A stretch of DNA of 64,000 bases, taken from the NCBI GenBank assembly GCA_009859145.1, contig VRVR01000012.1, positions 248,001 through 312,000 on the forward strand. Direction: 5' to 3'. Below are positions 62,177 to 64,000 of the stretch, piece after piece. The notes under the pieces are model-generated. The model was given only the letters and a program-made list of their open reading frames with translations. It ran no database searches and was not told the origin of the DNA. The position numbers were made by a program, and so were the translations under genes. Position 1 is the stretch's first letter. Every line of letters begins with the position of its first letter. The stretch comes from Andalucia godoyi And28. Lineage: Eukaryota; Protista; Jakobida.

Positions 62177-63841
62177 ATGTCAAAGAATCCGTACAGCAAG
62201 GCAACTTCAAAAGCCGGACCTGCTTCTCTGACCTTTTTGCCGTCTTCTTTCAAGTTGTTTTCAGACTTGTCTCTGCTTGCAGACTTCTTTCTCGGCTCGA
62301 TTCATGCAAATTCCGCACTGACCTGCGATGCCCGTTTTTGGCCTGCAATCACAGCATGCATGCTGCAGAATTTTTCAAGTCTGCTGCCCAATGGTGAATA
62401 TTGCGTTTTCGGCAGCCCAAACCACCTTTCCGGAGTCTCTGCGCGCGTAGTTCCCTTGGCATCGCTGTCTGCTTCAGTGAAACTCTCAGAAATCGACCCA
62501 AATTCAACAATACGGCTGGCAATTTTCATCGATCCTTTTCCGTCTTCAAAGCAGCCCATTCCTGCGCACATTTGCGCACTCATGAAATCCATGGTGCAAG
62601 CGAGAGTTGTTGTCCTGACGAAGCATTCTGTGTCGCTTCTCAAGACCTGTTGCAGCTCTGCAGGCATTTGTAATGTCTTTCAATCTTCTGCAGAGGGAAA
62701 ATGCACTTGCTTCAAGGGTTCTTTTCCTTTGTCGTCGCAACGCTTGTTTCCGGAAACGTATGCCCCTGTCATCGAAATCCTGTCTTCAGTGGGTGTTAAC
62801 CGCCGCAGTGCGTTCGTTTGTCCCTCTTACTCGCTTGCGAAGATTTCTCCGTGGTGGTCGCTACCGCCAGCGAATTGCGATATCTTGGTCGGCGGATGGC
62901 ATTCGAGAGGACATCTATGGGAGGTTGCGATGGGTGTGCGATGTACGGCTTCGTCGCTGGCTGCACCTTATTCCTCTGCAAAGCGCAGTGTAGTCGTTTC
63001 CACCACCACCGAAATTAATAGGAAAAGCGTTTGTGTGTCTCTTCCGCCGGCTTTAGCGGGCAGCGAGCGGTCGTCGGCGTCTGCAGGTATGCATACAGTT
63101 CCGTCTATTCTTCAGCCAAATAATGACGATTTCGTCTTCAGTCAACCCTTGCTTTGCGAAGGAAATTTTAAATTGTTCGAGGTATTCATGGGCCAGGATT
63201 TCGAGCGAGCAGCAGATCGTTGTCATGACAGCCTTGTGATTTCCATCAATTCCGATCTGGACCTATCAGATGCTGAATTGGAAACTTCTGCCCAAAATCA
63301 TGTTTCCGTTTCGAAGTCCAACCACGAGTGTCCAGAATCTTCTTCATCCAGCATCGTTGTTCCGAACCTGAAGATGTCCAAAGGGACGCGCAAACGAAAT
63401 CTTGTGTCATCCTCCTCCGTTCTATCCAATTCTTCGTCACCACATTCGTCGTCGTTGGAGTCTCCTCCAAAAAAACAGAGACCTCTTCAATCGTCGAATC
63501 GTAATGTCACCGCCAATTCGACCGTGCAAAAGAACGCACAAAGGTTTGTAGATGATGTATCTGACACGTCATCATCATTGTTGGATAACACGTCGAATAT
63601 TGCAGACTCGAGCCAGTTGGACCAGTCTATTTCGTCGTTCGTTGATAATGCGACACAGGAAGTGAGTGCAGACATGAGAGCGTTTTACGCGAAGTCCCTC
63701 ATGAGCCCACCTGTCCGTCAAGTCCTTGTGCATCCAAGCAAACGGAAGCAGTTCGACAGAGAGCACGGAGTTGCTCGCCGAGCCGCTTCGCATCAGTTAA
63801 TTGACAGTCCCTCTTCATTTGCGTCATCTCCAAGAATTTAG
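62177..63841 (+). CDS. Hypothetical protein (globular N-terminal two-thirds, Ser-rich tail with basic motifs)
   Basis: Long ORF; ATG at 62177; NLS-like KGTRKR and PPKKQR; no family recognised. Confidence 0.65.
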   Translation: MSKNPYSKATSKAGPASLTFLPSSFKLFSDLSLLADFFLGSIHANSALTCDARFWPAITACMLQNFSSLLPNGEYCVFGSPNHLSGVSARVVPLASLSASVKLSEIDPNSTIRLAIFIDPFPSSKQPIPAHICALMKSMVQARVVVLTKHSVSLLKTCCSSAGICNVFQSSAEGKCTCFKGSFPLSSQRLFPETYAPVIEILSSVGVNRRSAFVCPSYSLAKISPWWSLPPANCDILVGGWHSRGHLWEVAMGVRCTASSLAAPYSSAKRSVVVSTTTEINRKSVCVSLPPALAGSERSSASAGMHTVPSILQPNNDDFVFSQPLLCEGNFKLFEVFMGQDFERAADRCHDSLVISINSDLDLSDAELETSAQNHVSVSKSNHECPESSSSSIVVPNLKMSKGTRKRNLVSSSSVLSNSSSPHSSSLESPPKKQRPLQSSNRNVTANSTVQKNAQRFVDDVSDTSSSLLDNTSNIADSSQLDQSISSFVDNATQEVSADMRAFYAKSLMSPPVRQVLVHPSKRKQFDREHGVARRAASHQLIDSPSSFASSPRI

Positions 63842-64000
63842 GTTTTTGTGGCCTCCTCACCTTTTTGCGCGATTCGCAGCAATTCTTTTCCTTGAATCGC
63901 GATTCATCATGTATTTATTTTTCGTACAGGATTTCCGAGAAAGCAGAGTCAGGAAGTGCATGCGAGACGCACTCGTGCGTCGACAGAGTCCGGCAGTTTT

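Overview
Gene-dense (about 32 protein genes in 64 kb), intron-poor nuclear DNA of a flagellated microbial eukaryote. Evidence: DRC3, APC5, Cdt1, eIF4G, mitochondrial carriers, one clear GT-AG intron and two intronless tRNA genes (Cys-GCA, Ala-CGC). The species cannot be named from sequence alone. The main hidden signal is a selenoprotein that the ORF track splits in two: an FrnE/DsbA-type oxidoreductase (37738-37088, minus) with an in-frame TGA at the first redox Cys (D-I-A-U-P-W-C) and a canonical-looking SECIS about 150 nt after the stop. Other notable items: (i) a dispersed ~300-nt repeat family, all three copies co-oriented upstream of genes and ending in a splice-donor-like motif; (ii) a second inverted dispersed repeat; (iii) a candidate ~265-nt structured ncRNA; (iv) a PAH + FG-nucleoporin fusion; (v) a Rieske + FNR fusion; (vi) two paralogous Ig-fold TF-like domains, one membrane-anchored; (vii) a head-to-head TRIM37-like/PEX22-like pair; (viii) bacterial-type GalE and SnoaL genes. 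All family assignments come from motif recognition by eye; no searches were run.
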